Shown: positions 13,716-26,828, numbered from the whole stretch's first letter. The stretch: 63,810 bases of DNA, filler included, from Octopus bimaculoides (GCF_001194135.2; 5 parts of 5 records of this genome joined end to end with filler, not necessarily neighbours in it); one strand, 5' to 3'. Numbers and translations are program-made. The notes: generated from the letters alone by a model not told the origin.

Positions 13716-14127
13716 AATTTTCACACAGGGCCAGTGATGTCGGGAGAGGAGATAAGTCAATTACATCAACCCCAGCACTCAATTGGTACTTATTTTATCG
13801 ACCTTGAAAGGAATTTGAACTCAAGCTGTAAAGACAGACAAAATGCTGTTCAACATTTTGTCTGGTGTGTTAACAATTCTGTCAGCTCTCTGCTTTAATA
13901 ATAATAACAATCCTTTCCACTAAAGGCACAAGGCCTGAAATTTTTGGGAAGGGGACTAGTTGATGACATTAACTCCAGTGTTTTTCACTGGTAATTAATT
14001 TATCAGCCCTGAAAGTATGAAAGGAAAGTAAACATCAGTGGAATTTGAACTCAGAATGTAGAGATGGTCGAAATGTTGCTATGCATTTTGTCTGGCATGC
14101 TAACAATTCTGCCAGCTTACTGTCTTA
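13716..14127 (-). mobile_element. Two tandem SINE family A copies (13716-13898 and 13912-14127), CpG-decayed
   Basis: Both carry gaatttgaactc (reverse B box) and tctgccagct-type head blocks. Confidence 0.8.
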
Positions 14128-15003
14128 ATAACAATAATAGATAATAATAATGTTTCGCTATAGCTTTTTGTTGATTATTTAACAATCTATATATCCCAAT
14201 TTAAACGTTAATTGATATATAGCTTTTATCTTTCTTTTTTATTATAGCTAACAAAAATTACCTTTCACATATGAAAAAATTAAGAAAAAAATAAATAATT
14301 CTAAATGACATAAGACTGAACCATTATAAGCTCACCACAAAAAAAAAAAAAAAGAAAGAAAAATGCCACAAAAAATATACAAAAAAAGAGCATGAGAAAG
14401 AAAACCCCAACCTTGACAAACCCCAACTTTGAAGTGAATTTGTGTCAACCTGCATGCCCCTCTGAAATATNNNNNNNNNNNNNNNNNNNNNNNNNNNNNN
14501 NNNNNNNNNNNNNNNNNNNNNNNNNNNNNNNNNNNNNNNNNNNNNNNNNNNNNNNNNNNNNNNNNNNNNNNNNNNNNNNNNNNNNNNNNNNNNNNNNNNN
14601 NNNNNNNNNNNNNNNNNNNNNNNNNNNNNNNNNNNNNNNNNNNNNNNNNNNNNNNNNNNNNNNNNNNNNNNNNNNNNNNNNNNNNNNNNNNNNNNNNNNN
14701 NNNNNNNNNNNNNNNNNNNNNNNNNNNNNNNNNNNNNNNNNNNNNNNNNNNNNNNNNNNNNNNNNNNNNNNNNNNNNNNNNNNNNNNNNNNNNNNNNNNN
14801 NNNNNNNNNNNNNNNNNNNNNNNNNNNNNNNNNNNNNNNNNNNNNNNNNNNNNNNNNNNNNNNNNNNNNNNNNNNNNNNNNNNNNNNNNNNNNNNNNNNN
14901 NNNNNNNNNNNNNNNNNNNNNNNNNNNNNNNNNNNNNNNNNNNNNNNNNNNNNNNNNNNNNNNNNNNNNNNNNNNNNNNNNNNNNNNNNNNNNNNNNNNN
15001 NNN

Positions 15004-15322
15004 GTAGCACCTTGGGCAAGTGTCTTCTACTATAGCCTCGGGCCGACCAAAGCCTTGTGAGTGGATTTGGTAGATGGAAACTGAAAGGAGCCCACCGTAT
15101 ATATGTGTGTTTGTGTGTCTGTGTTTGTCCTCCCACCATCGCTTGACAACCGATGGTGGTGTGTTTACGTCCCCCGTAACTTAGCGGTTCGGCAAAAGAG
15201 ACCGATAGAATAAGTACCAGGCTTCCAAAGAATAAGTCCTGGGGTCGATTTGCTCGACTAAAGGCGGTGCTCCAGCATCGCCGCAGTCAAATGACTGAAA
15301 CAAGTAAAAGAGTAAAGAGTAA
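15004..15322 (+). mobile_element. SINE family B, young near-intact body (5' end in gap)
   Basis: gcaccttgggcaagtgtcttctactatagcctcgggccgaccaaagcc ... aatgactgaaacaagtaaaagagtaaagag. Confidence 0.85.
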
Positions 15323-15417
15323 ATTAAAATAAGGAGCGGTGTGTAATGTTTTACCAAAAAGGAAAACTATAATTGTCATTAAATATGACAAAGGATGTTA
15401 GAAACACCTACATTGCC

Positions 15418-15812
15418 AGAAATAAGAGCTAAAACGCTCTAATGTTGCGGTCAAAATACATAATTTTATACATACTAATCACCTAGAAGCAGCAGTTGAG
15501 CTATCCTCATAGTGATTGGTCAGTTTCAGCTTTTTGCCATAGCCTTTTCAGTGGGGTTAGCTTTAACTTGGCTGACTCCAGACAAAAATCACTGCCAGTA
15601 TAGATGTTTACATGACAGAAATCTATGGATGATTTAGCGAATCACTAATTGAGCCAACCCCATTGAGGAGGCTACAACGAAAAGCTGAGACTGACTAACT
15701 GGCATGGGGATATCTTGACCGCTGCGTTCAGGTGATTATGGTCCCTGTTCGTATGTATGTATACAATTATGTGCTATGACCACAGCATTAGAGCATTTTA
15801 GCTCTTATTTCT
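15418..15812. mobile_element. Fold-back MITE (near full-length imperfect palindrome)
   Basis: 36-bp TIR with 3 mismatches (15418-15453 vs 15777-15812); pairing continues inward across most of the element. Confidence 0.8.
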
Positions 15813-15919
15813 AGCTATACATACATATATATATATATCATCATCATCATCATCATCGTTTAACGTCCGCTTTCCATGCTAGCATGGGTTGGACGATTTG
15901 ACTGAGGACTGGTGAAACC

Positions 15920-16019
15920 NNNNNNNNNNNNNNNNNNNNNNNNNNNNNNNNNNNNNNNNNNNNTTAATTAATTAANNNNNNNNNNNNNNNNNNNNNNNNN
16001 NNNNNNNNNNNNNNNNNNN
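15920..16019. other. Artificial scaffold spacer N44-TTAATTAATTAA-N44
   Basis: Exactly 100 bp; the 12-mer at 15964-15975 is palindromic with stops in all six frames; identical construct at three other sites. Confidence 0.95.
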
Positions 16020-16020
16020 T

Positions 16021-16213
16021 GTATCCTATCTAGTTCATTGACTCCTAAATACTTATATCGTTGGCTTTCGTCTAGTTCTCTAATTTCATTGGCTTTATCT
16101 AGTGTTATGTTGCTACTTTTAACTAATTTTCCTCTTTTCAGGGTTGCTTTGGCATATTTTTCTAATCCGAGTTTCATATCTATTTCCTTGGTAAAGCCGT
16201 GTACTGTCTGTAG
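16021..16213 (-). pseudogene. R4/Dong-clade LINE reverse transcriptase fragment
   Basis: LQTVHGFTKEIDMKLGLEKYAKATLKRGKLVKSSNITLD...YKYLGVNE matches the post-YMDD FS.DI.M.FG..KC...YKYLG region; abuts an (AAT)n tract. Confidence 0.8.
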
Positions 16214-16215
<2 letters not shown>

Positions 16216-16278
<63 letters not shown>

Positions 16279-16312
16279 CATTATTATTATTATTATCATT
16301 ATTATTATTATT

Positions 16313-16346
<34 letters not shown>

Positions 16347-16369
16347 CCACCATCATCATCATTATTATT
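16216..16369. repeat. (TTA)n/(TCA)n compound microsatellite
   Basis: Directly visible. Confidence 0.97.
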
Positions 16370-16649
16370 GCAGTTGTACTTATATTCATATCCCATCATC
16401 ATATGTTGCGTGTCATAAATGGCCATTTTTCGCGCCGATAAAACAAAAATAACAAAATCTCTAGTTTCTGTCACCTCTCATTTTGCACGTTTATTATCTC
16501 CCCTCTCTAAAAATATAGAATTTAAAACTTCATGCATTCACTCTTCCTCTGTATTATATTGATTTTCATTTTCTGCACATTAATATTTCGACAGGTTCTT
16601 TTTGTCTGCATATCCCATGTGTGTGTGTGTGTTCGTGTGTGTTTGTGTC

Positions 16650-16675
<26 letters not shown>

Positions 16676-16682
<7 letters not shown>

Positions 16683-16990
16683 ATACATATATATACATGA
16701 ATAGATACATGCATAGACACATGTATATGAACATACCTATGTTGGTATGTGTGTGTGTGTTTGTGTGGGTGTGTGTGTGTGTGTGTGTGTGTGTCTGTGT
16801 GTGTGTACATACATACATATANNNNNNNNNNTATATACATGAATAGATACATGCATAGACACATGTATATGAACATACCTATGTTGGTATGTGTGTGTGT
16901 GTGTATGTGTGTGTGTGTGTGTGTACATACATACATATACATGAATAGATACATGCATAGACACATGTATATGAACATACCTATGTTGGT
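16676..16990. repeat. Three near-identical copies of a unique core (acatgaatagatacatgcatagacacatgtatatgaacatacctatgttggta) spaced by (GT)n
   Basis: Visible three times, with a 10-N gap at 16822-16831. Confidence 0.9.
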
Positions 16991-17023
16991 ATATGTGTGT
17001 GTGTTTGTGTGTGTTTGTGTGTG

Positions 17024-17058
<35 letters not shown>

Positions 17059-17373
17059 GAGTGTGTGTGTCGTAAATTTTATTGCATTTTCCATATTAGC
17101 TCTCGTTAAGTTATTTCGAGACCTAAAGGAGTGTTGCCAATTGTAAAATTCTAAAAAAAAAAGAAATTAGAAAAAGCTGCGCAATACTTTACTTCCAATC
17201 ACATTGAATTTTATAATTTGATTGTTGATCACTGCGTTTATGAGCAAACACACCTAGATATGTGCCTACTGGCAGGCGAGTCTTTTTGCATGTGTGATGG
17301 CGAGTCTTTCTGCGTGCGTGTTAGAGAAGATATGTGCACGGATGTGCATGGGCACGCGCACGCGTAGGCGTAT

Positions 17374-17510
17374 GTGTGTGTGGAAGAGTGGTATGTGTTT
17401 ATGTGAGCGTGTGTGGAAGAGTGGTATGTGTTTATGTGACCGTGTGTGTATGTGTGTGTGGAAGAGTGGTATGTGTTTATGTGAGCGTGTCTGTATGTGT
17501 GTGTGGAACA
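17374..17510. repeat. Minisatellite, three copies of tgtgtggaagagtggtatgtgtttatgtga
   Basis: Directly visible. Confidence 0.9.
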
Positions 17511-17830
17511 GAGTGATCGAGACAAAGAGAGACAAAGAATCACACAAGTACTGAACAGAGCACATCACATCTCATCTTCGGTTACTTTTTCGTTTTACTG
17601 TTTCTTGGTCTTTCTTAATCTCTCTCTCTCTCTCTCTAACCCTCTCTATATCTCACTCACCCTCTCTATATCTCACTAACTCTATCTCTCTTTCTCGGGT
17701 GCGTTCTGTATATAACCATCACTCTATATTTTGCCTTCCTTTTTACTTACCTTTACAATGTGCTGTTTCATCCTCATATTTTTAACTATTTCACATAGTA
17801 TTTCTGCCATCTTTACCCCTTTCACTATAG

Positions 17831-17922
<92 letters not shown>

Positions 17923-18233
17923 CGAGAGAGACCCTTTCATGTTACGCTTTCTCTATCTCGACCCTTTCTCTCTCACTTTTTCTTCCACTCTCTTTCACTT
18001 CATCCCTCCCTCCTACTCTCTCTATCACTCCTCTTATATAATTACATTAACGTAGACATGATTATCCCTCTGTTTTTTATTCCCTCCACTCTCTTACATC
18101 TTTGTTGTATGTTTTTTTTTCTTTATTTTTTTTGTTCACTGGTGCTTTTCATCTGTTACTAACAAAAACCCTTCTTTCTCCCACAACTATTCCACATCTG
18201 TTCAATCCGGTACGCTTCCCTTTTCTGCCTTCA

Positions 18234-19560
18234 GCCAGTCCTCCTATGCTCTCGCACCTCTGACATCACAGTTTTGTTGATTAAAAATTGCTCGACACAT
18301 CCCCAGACTCCCTTCTTCCCAACTGCATGTTCTGCTGTGATAATGTTATTGGTTTCACAATGGTCCTGGAGGAAGAGGTTTAAACATGCTGTATATATTT
18401 TATACATTAAATTCTGGCATGCAATTTGCCGTAGTTTTTTGCCATGTAGGTGGTTCTGCATTTGGGGATCAATTTTTGTCTCTGCCACATCTAGCTAGTG
18501 TGGTATGCTACTGTTCCCAATAAAAGCTTGCTGGTACAGATTGATAAGATATGCTAGGTAAAATGTTAGCTTCTTGTACCAATATCCAACAATCAAGGCT
18601 CTTCCAGGTCCTTTTCCATTTTGGAGTTTCTGGATCATAGTTGCAAGAGTTTCGCCATCAGTGTTGTATGTCTTGGATGTATCGCAGGAGCAATGACTTC
18701 TTCGGATTTCTTCCAGTCACAGAACATCTTGGTTAAATTCCTTCTCTTCACTCCAGATTTTCCTCCAGAAGGAGCCTATATCTTCTCGTGAAGAAGCTTC
18801 CGTGATGTTTGTTGCTCCTCTTCTCATGCCTCTGTATACTGCTGCCTGGTTGCGGTTAAAGTTTTTGTTTATTGATTTTATCTCGGTTATTCTCTTCTGA
18901 TGTCGGAGTTTTTCAATGACAGCTTTTAGCTCTTGCTTCAGGTAATCAGTTTGCAAGTGAATGTCCTCTTTTTGCTGTCTCCAAACATCATTTCTATCTC
19001 CTATTTTACTTTCTGTTGGTGGGACGTATAGTGATTTGCTTGTTTGCATACAATAAGCATCATTACATGACTGATGGTCTTCCGTAAACCAATTATCTTT
19101 TTCTCGGTCTTCAAAACCAAGATGGTACTTTCTTTGTTATTTCGGTTTTGTTTACCTTTTGAATACAGTAGTAGCCAGAGCAGACAGACAGACGTTAATC
19201 TGCCAGTATGTGGGTTAATCACACTGTTCTAAATACTCATCACCAATTTCGTTAACAACTTTCAATACCGTATCTGGTGGTTTTATACTTACTATGGCAG
19301 AGAATACTCTCTCCTCGAGAGAGTCCTTCAAAGCCAAAGTTATTTTGCATGTATGTATGTATGTATGTATGTATGTATGTATGATTTGAAAGGTAAGATG
19401 TTTTCCGCCTTGATCACTGGGGCTCGATTCATACAATGTTGATTGCTTCAATTACGGCCGCATATTGTGATGAACCACATTTACTAACATTATGATAGAT
19501 CTCCGAGCCTCCAGAAACAGCTGTTGGACCTATAAACACCTTTCTTCTTCATCTTTAATT
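18234..19560 (-). pseudogene. R4/Dong-clade LINE ORF fragment (pre-RT region and RT start), frameshifted
   Basis: FWRKIWSEEKEFNQ; LRQIACQNLMYKIYTACL...GKKGVWGCVEQFLINKTVM correspond to RPITCL..MYK and GCR..S.GCK.QLLI motifs. Confidence 0.8.
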
Positions 19561-19652
19561 TTCTGTGTCATATGAACTCTGTGTAAGTCGGATCTATTGA
19601 TATAAATATCTATATATTTATGCATATTATTATTCTTTTTATTGTAGTTATG

Positions 19653-19690
<38 letters not shown>

Positions 19691-20009
19691 NNNNNNNNNN
19701 NNNNNNNNNNNNNNNNNNNNNNNNNNNNNNNNNNNNNNNNNNNNNNNNNNNNNNNNNNNNNNNNNNNNNNNNNNNNNNNNNNNNNNNNNNNNNNNNNNNN
19801 NNNNNNNNNNNNNNNNNNNNNNNNNNNNNNNNNNNNNNNNNNNNNNNNNNNNNNNNNNNNNNNNNNNNNNNNNATATATATAAATATTCGTTCGTCTACG
19901 TGTACGCGAACGTGTGTGTATGTTTGTGTGTGTGTGTGTGTGCCCAGCAAAAGAAAGGCATAGTCTGTCACAAATTATGCAGACAAAAAGGTCATTGTGA
20001 TTCACCTGT

Positions 20010-20430
20010 CTTGAGTCTTGCATGCGTATCCTGGCCTCTTGAAACGCTTACACTCCACTCCACACTTTAGTCCGCCATTCAGCTCGATCCGAATCAAGGG
20101 TTTCTATGTCCTCTAGATTCATTCCAAGAGACTTCATGGCAGTCTTTATGACGTTCTTAAACCTCTTTTTAGGTCTACACCGACAGCGTTTTCCCACTCA
20201 CCATAAAACAGCTGTTTGCGTGTGCATTCATCTGCAATTCGAACAATATGGCCAGACCATCTCATCTGGTTTTTCAGAATCTTTGCTTTAATTGAAGTGA
20301 TGCTTGCAGATGCAAGCACATCTGTGTTTTGAGTAAAAGAACTCCATTTAATGTTTAAAATGCGATAAAAGCATTTTTTGGTGGAATATACATACATCAT
20401 ATCGATTCTTTCCATCCTGTCTCCTTCTTA
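20010..20430 (-). pseudogene. RTE LINE ORF C-terminal fragment
   Basis: CFYRILNIKWSSF..NTDVL...SITSIKAKILKNQMRWSGHIVRIADECTRKQLFYGE matches RTE RWAGHV.RM...R.PK..LYGEL. Confidence 0.85.
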
Positions 20431-21213
20431 ATTTGCATCATCTGTCAATGTGTTTGTATGTATGTACTTTTGTAGCAAGGTGCTATTTTCTGTGTGTATT
20501 CCTGATGTGTCTGTATACATCTGTGTATGTATGCATCTCTGTGTATATGTATCTGTCTGAGTACATATGCCTACGTTGGTGAGCAAGTACACATGCACTT
20601 GTGAGCGTCCATGTTTATGAGGCTTGAGATTTATACGGTTATAGATATTTCTACATCAATCTATCTATCTATCATTTATCTATATGTATATATATTTGTG
20701 TATACGTATATATANNNNNNNNNNNNNNNNNNNNNNNNNNNNNNNNNNNNNNNNNNNNNNNNNNNNNNNNNNNNNNNNNNNNNNNNNNNNNNNNNNNNNN
20801 NNNNNNNNNNNNNNNNNNNNNNNNNNNNNNNNNNNNNNNNNNNNNNNNNNNNNNNNNNNNNNNNNNNNNNNNNNNNATATATATGTAAAAGTGAGTATCT
20901 ATCTGTAAGTGTACTATATTGTACGGTGTGCATATGTGTTGGATACTGAATAAATGTATGTGTGTTTTAGTGTGTCTTAGTGTCTGTGTCTGAGGAGGTG
21001 TTTGTCTTCAAGCCCGATGATAAATTAGCAATAGCGCTGTCGACAGACGAAGATGAACATAGATAGACGCAGCAAGATAAAAAGATTTCTGAATATTCTT
21101 AGCTGACATAGTACTATAGTTTCAACACTAATTTTCTCTGAGCTTTTCCGATATATACTGAAAGGCAAATATCAGTTTGTACTTTACTGTACTGCCCAAA
21201 TAATACCACTCAC

Positions 21214-21257
21214 TATACACCACTACCAAGTCTTAGTTTCTCTACTGTAGCTGCCAT
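21214..21257 (-). CDS. Candidate first coding exon MAATVEKLRLGSGV(Y)
   Basis: The ATG lies inside a YY1-type AAGATGGCAGC motif (21250-21260) and is followed 44 nt later by a consensus GTGAGT donor (21208-21213). Short and unverified. Confidence 0.3.
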
Positions 21258-22177
21258 CTTTAAAATGCAAATGAGTCATAGCTTTTCATGTTTAACAGCC
21301 ATTCTACTTTTATTATATATTAAATGTAGATTTTCATGCAATTCTGGGTCGATGGCATATTGGAATATCGATGCGTTGGTCGATGATTCATGTCAGTTCA
21401 GGCCACGGACATGTCTAATGATGCATGTCCATGGCTACCGGGGACACAATGAGCTGGACAGTGCTATAGATGCCTCTGCACTCTTTTGTTCATTGTCTTC
21501 AATTTAAATATTGAACTAAAGACGAAACAAACTCCTCGTTAGATTTAATCAAAGCAGCACAGCAGCAAAGGTAATAACTAAAGTATTAACATCAACAATA
21601 GTAGAGTTTGAAATGTGAATAAGTAAATAAAGCAAACAATGTATACTACATATGTACATAAATTATAAACTATAAGCAAAATTGTAATTTTAAAGGCCTT
21701 GTGAAAATGTGTGGGTATTTCCGTACATGTAATAAGGACGATGACTGTACTTACAGTGTTAGATAATGTTCTGAGTTTGTATGCATATCTATAAGCATAA
21801 TGTAACATAATTAGAAGCATAATCAACACCATTGTTGACTATAGCCATGAGTGTCATCTGTTACTGCTTGATTTTCCTAAATTTAGATAGCTGTCTGAGA
21901 ACCTTTCCTTATTCCAATAACCTATCAAATATATATGTCTAACACATTACCGAGGATTCAATTAACTACTCACCAGTTTAAAGAATATTTGTCCTGAGAT
22001 GGGTCAAATTAAATCAATATACATATACTATTGATGCAGCGGTATTCTATGTCTACTGCACAATTTGTAATCTTACTGACACACCGTCGATTATTATATC
22101 TTTACTATCAAACCGAAATGATTTACGTAATTCAATCGATTGAGTGCCACACTATCAATTGAATTGTTGCTGGTTCG

Positions 22178-22189
22178 AGCGCATGCGCA
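22178..22189. promoter_or_regulatory. NRF1-type palindrome GCGCATGCGCA in a CpG-retaining unique segment
   Basis: agcgcatgcgca; the core matches the NRF1 consensus YGCGCAYGCGCR, with A in place of the first Y. Confidence 0.45.
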
Positions 22190-22705
22190 TCAGCGGCAAA
22201 ACTACGCCAGGTTTATGACTCAGACGCCTCATTAGTTTTTGTTTGCCAGGCACCATCTCAACTCTCATCTACAAGAAATATCAGCAACGAATTCCAACCG
22301 TGGCCATCCCACATTTTAGAACTGAATTAACCAGCGTGCCATTTCCATATTTAAGTAGAGTATGGTATGATTTGAGGATGAATAAGTTACTATTTCCATC
22401 AGTCCTAGCGCCGACATTAATTGGTTCCCTCGGGAAATGTGGCTACAGTTCAGCAATGTTCACAGGAGAAACTCTTCATAATGAACAAGTGTTAGCGTTT
22501 ACTTACTATACAGAACACCTCATTGAATCCAGAATATATTATTAGAGATATTTATGTTTGGTTACTGGAACAAGGAAACATCTCCAGATAGGTGTTTAAA
22601 TTTAGAAAAGTCGAACAGTAAAATAAGACAAACGCATTTGACATCATTGACATTATTTACATTATTTACATTTGACAGATATTTGTCCTCATCTTGTTTG
22701 TTGTT

Positions 22706-22751
22706 AACACAACGTTTCGGCTGATATTCCTTCCAGCTTTCATCAGGTGTC
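22706..22751 (-). ncRNA. Minimal type I hammerhead ribozyme-like motif
   Basis: Minus strand reads GACAC CTGATGA A AGCTG gaaggaatat CAGCC GAAAC GTT GTGTT. Core, stem I and palindromic stem III are present; the first stem II pair is mismatched. Confidence 0.6.
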
Positions 22752-22808
22752 TTGGAGAAATTTCGAACCTGGGTTCTCATTCCCAAAGCATTTTTCTATG
22801 TTGTTGTT

Positions 22809-22871
<63 letters not shown>

Positions 22872-22920
22872 ACATTGAAAAATGCCTTAGGAATGAGAAC
22901 CCAGGTTCGAAATTTCCCCG

Positions 22921-22966
22921 CACACCTGTTGAAGGCTGGAGGGTATATTAGCCGAAACGTTGTATT
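22921..22966 (+). ncRNA. Hammerhead-like motif, core mutated (CTGTTGA)
   Basis: CACAC CTGTTGA A GGCTG gagggtatat TAGCC GAAAC GTT GTATT; the A6 substitution is expected to be inactivating. Confidence 0.45.
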
Positions 22967-24608
22967 AATAACAAACAGCATGAGGACAAATATCCGTCAA
23001 ATGTAAATAATGTACATAATTCCTCATATCTTAAATATAGAACTGTAAACGTATTTGGCATCCACATCAACATACTGTGTCCAACAAGAAACAGAACTGT
23101 TCTTTAAAGAAAATATATTGCTTTACTTACGACTGCATCACATTGTATTGATGTTGCTGTTGAATTTGTTGTCGATGATATTAATGTTGTTGTTTATACA
23201 TAGGACAGCGTTGGCCAAGAAGATCTATGACGAAAGACAATCTAGCTGTGATTGTCTTGTCTTTTTCTGTTTGTATACCAGAAATTCTTTAGTCAATGTA
23301 TGCTTCTTTTTTAAGAGTCAGAGGTGATTTCAGTTATATTATCAATAACTTGAGCATCACATAATGGTATATTGAGGCTGCTGTTTTCATGACATGCTTG
23401 GTAAATTGAACAGGTAACCCCCATCAATGTATTCCTCTGAAAGACAAGTCGTGAATGGATAAATACTACGTGATGTTTTAGAAAAAAGTGTCTATAACAT
23501 TAACCGGAGCGTTTGTGACTTGAAATAGTCTGAACAGTAAATACTTTTCAAGTTCGTCTCCAACCTCATCTCATACTGACTTATAATTGCTAAGTGCGGT
23601 ATAACAGATTTATTGTATTGAGTCCGATTCTTTGTAATCAAGCTGCTCATGTAGTAAGGAGAATTGATATTAGTAGTAATGACACCCCTTTTCAAAATAT
23701 GTATGGAAGAAAAATGAAATATGAACTGACTAGAATTGAAATGGAGCGGGGAATGAGTTTGATCTTAGTAAATACAGAAAAACCTCTAGACATATTTCCA
23801 TCTTAGTAGGCTTCCCAGGATAATATTTGTCCAACATGTACTTCCCAAATCTTGACATTATTTAAAGTTCTAACGTTTTTACATGCATATTTTTCATGGA
23901 TGACGCCAGTTTGTTGCGACTGTAATTTCAGTTGTTTAGAATTTCTTCAGGATTCAGCATTTAAAGTATCTGAGCCTGCACTCACTACATGTATTTCGTA
24001 CGAAGACATACCTGATAAATTTTCCAGCATCATTATCTTAAATCGTCGAATCAATTAATTGGTGAATGTCAGATTAGGTCGGGTGTCGGATGAAATGTGT
24101 AGAGATATTTGTTCCAGTTGTGTGCGCTTTTTGTTGAAGTACCACTGAGGACAGCTTTGACTTTCATCTTTGCGGTGATGATAAAGTGCCAGTCAAGAGC
24201 GAAAGATTGGTGGGCTTGACTGGAAGAACTGCGTAACAGATGATTTGCGGTACTTGTTCCGGTTCTTACTGTTCTGTGTTCAAATCTGACCATACTTTCC
24301 TTAGATGATAAACTTAACCCTTCATCGGGTTGAACACCGCATCTGTTATATATGTATGTTTGTGTAAACACACACACACACACATACCCAAACAAACATA
24401 TACATACATATATTCAATATGCACTGCAGCAAATACGCATGCACATATAAAATATAGTTAGGCAGTTGATAGATGACGGGTGAGACTGCCTTACACAAAG
24501 AGAGAGACAAGTGAACTGAAATAAAACTAGAGTTGAAAAGTAGAAAATGTAAGGACATAAATCGTTAGAAAAAAGTCTGTGATATGGAGAGTGGGGGAAA
24601 GGAACAGT

Positions 24609-24654
<46 letters not shown>

Positions 24655-24920
24655 TTGATTTTCAGGAACTCGGTAAGCACTTCTTTTAGAAGATATTCTC
24701 CTGTTTCTATAAATATACAATTTCACAAACCACTTACTATTTCTTTTGCTAACACACAGAAACGAAATTCACTGAATGCTTTTCACTCTAGTTATTTCTT
24801 ACGACGACATTAGTTTTGCTTGTATTATAGCAGCAATTTCCACTAAACAATGAACTATTTCACCGACGCTTAAAAAATTTCTGCTGTCTCCGAACGCCGG
24901 TCGCTATAACTCCAAATGTC

Positions 24921-24995
<75 letters not shown>

Positions 24996-25759
24996 GTCTG
25001 TGCAAATCGTCTTACTATTCATTTGCGTTAAGCGCAGCAGCGGCCATTATGTTCTGTGATATAAAATGTAGAAAACAGAAAAACGTTATCAAATACTAGT
25101 GAATAAATGTATAAATCTAGAAGCTTAAACAACATACAATTACCTAAGTGATAGAATTTCGAATACAGTGCATAAATTTTGTTGTTTTTTTTTATTTTTG
25201 TTCTTTTATTGTTTTGGTTGTGACCGAAATTCAACTTCTCTTCGAAAAGCCAGTCATTGACCAATTTCATATTTGTGCTACATGAATGTCTGGCAGGCGA
25301 TGTGAAGTTGAGATTTCCCATGATCTTATCATGTAGCCTTGGTACTTTTGTTTTGTGTTAAGCAATCATTTCATCTGAGTATTGATGGGAAACTGTCTTG
25401 AATAACGCAGGATTACTTCGCTTCGCATACCATGCTAATTGTTTTTTTTTAATGGAAAACAAAAAAGAAGCAACTTCACAATATGTCTTTCCACTGTAAA
25501 TTGAACTTTGAGTTCTAATTTAAGATTTTATACAACTCTAATTTAAAATATGTTTGAGTATAACGACGGAATTACTCATACAATACTGCAAGCCGTTCTT
25601 TCCTTGTCTAACACGTTCAACACATCTCTCACTAAGTACCTCGTGTCACAAGCCGCCTCTAACATCCAGTATACCTTCGTAGCCTTCTAATATTTAAGTG
25701 TGAAACAAACAAACCTTTACTTTTCCGATGACTTTTGGTTACGTGTATGTGTGTGTGTA

Positions 25760-25869
<110 letters not shown>

Positions 25870-25897
25870 CATATATATATAGATATTCATACTTATT

Positions 25898-26195
25898 TCT
25901 TACGCCCAGTACTTATTCTATCGATCGCTTTAGCCGAACCGTCAAGTTATGTGAACATAAACCCACCAACACCTGTTGTAAAGCGGTGGTGGGGGACGGA
26001 CACACAGATAAACACATATACATATATATATATATATACACGAAGGGCTTCATTTAGTTTCTGTTTACCATATCCACTCACAAGGTCGGCCCAAGGCTAT
26101 AGTAGAAGACATCTGCCTAAAGTACCACGTAGTGGGATTAAACACGAAACGATACGATTGCGAAGCTAAGCAAGCTTCTTGCCACACAGCCATTC
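25898..26195 (-). mobile_element. SINE family B
   Basis: Reverse complement of the family B head and body (cttctttcagtttc-type, ggctatagtagaagac, gccacacagcc blocks). Confidence 0.75.
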
Positions 26196-26828
26196 ATATA
26201 TATACATATATATATATACACACACACAATCAAAAGTATTATGGTGAAGAAGTGGAGCACGGTTCCAGAATTTTTGACTCGAATTAAATATAACAAACTA
26301 TTCCTAATTTTTGATTGAATTTCCACTTAAGTGGATTCAAAACCAACTAGCTTTTACTGACATCAAGTCGTGTTAATAGTAATAATGAAATGTTTGCTTT
26401 AACTGAGGAATGTTTGTGTGAAAGATGCATTTCCTATTATATATAGCGCAAACTTGAAACGTACGTGCTAAATGATTCCAAAATATCACTGTTTTGTTTT
26501 TATATATATAGGCATATCTTGATGAATATGGATATACTAAGAGAAAGTCACAACACTGTGACATTCCTCTTCAGAAAGCATATCAAATATACGCATGGTG
26601 CTGAAAAGCACAGATGGGTCAGGAGTAAACCAAAAGTTCGCAGCAGCACTGGATTTGCTAAACCATGGTGTTTCTGCGCATTTGTTGGTATTATTAATAT
26701 AATTACATCATAAATATAATTTATTACTATCATTATTATTACGCTGTTTCTGCTACATAATGACGTTGTTGTTATTAATATTATTATTATCTTAATCATT
26801 ATCATCATCATTATCATCATCACCGTCG

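Larger units (their letters stand above)
22660..23012. mobile_element. Two headless SINE family H bodies joined head-to-head across (TTA)n
   Basis: Arms 22660-22803 and 22871-23012 are reverse complements (about 85-90% by eye) and match the body of 63550-63745. Confidence 0.85.

Noticed and set aside
21370-21440. Hairpin gccacggacatg...catgtccatggc as a SECIS or snoRNA
   Set aside because: It lacks the apical AA and the correct GA/GA quartet spacing; no C/D or H/ACA box pair.
23500-24060. Possible LINE endonuclease start (KNVRTL) on the minus strand
   Set aside because: A single short motif with multiple stops around it.
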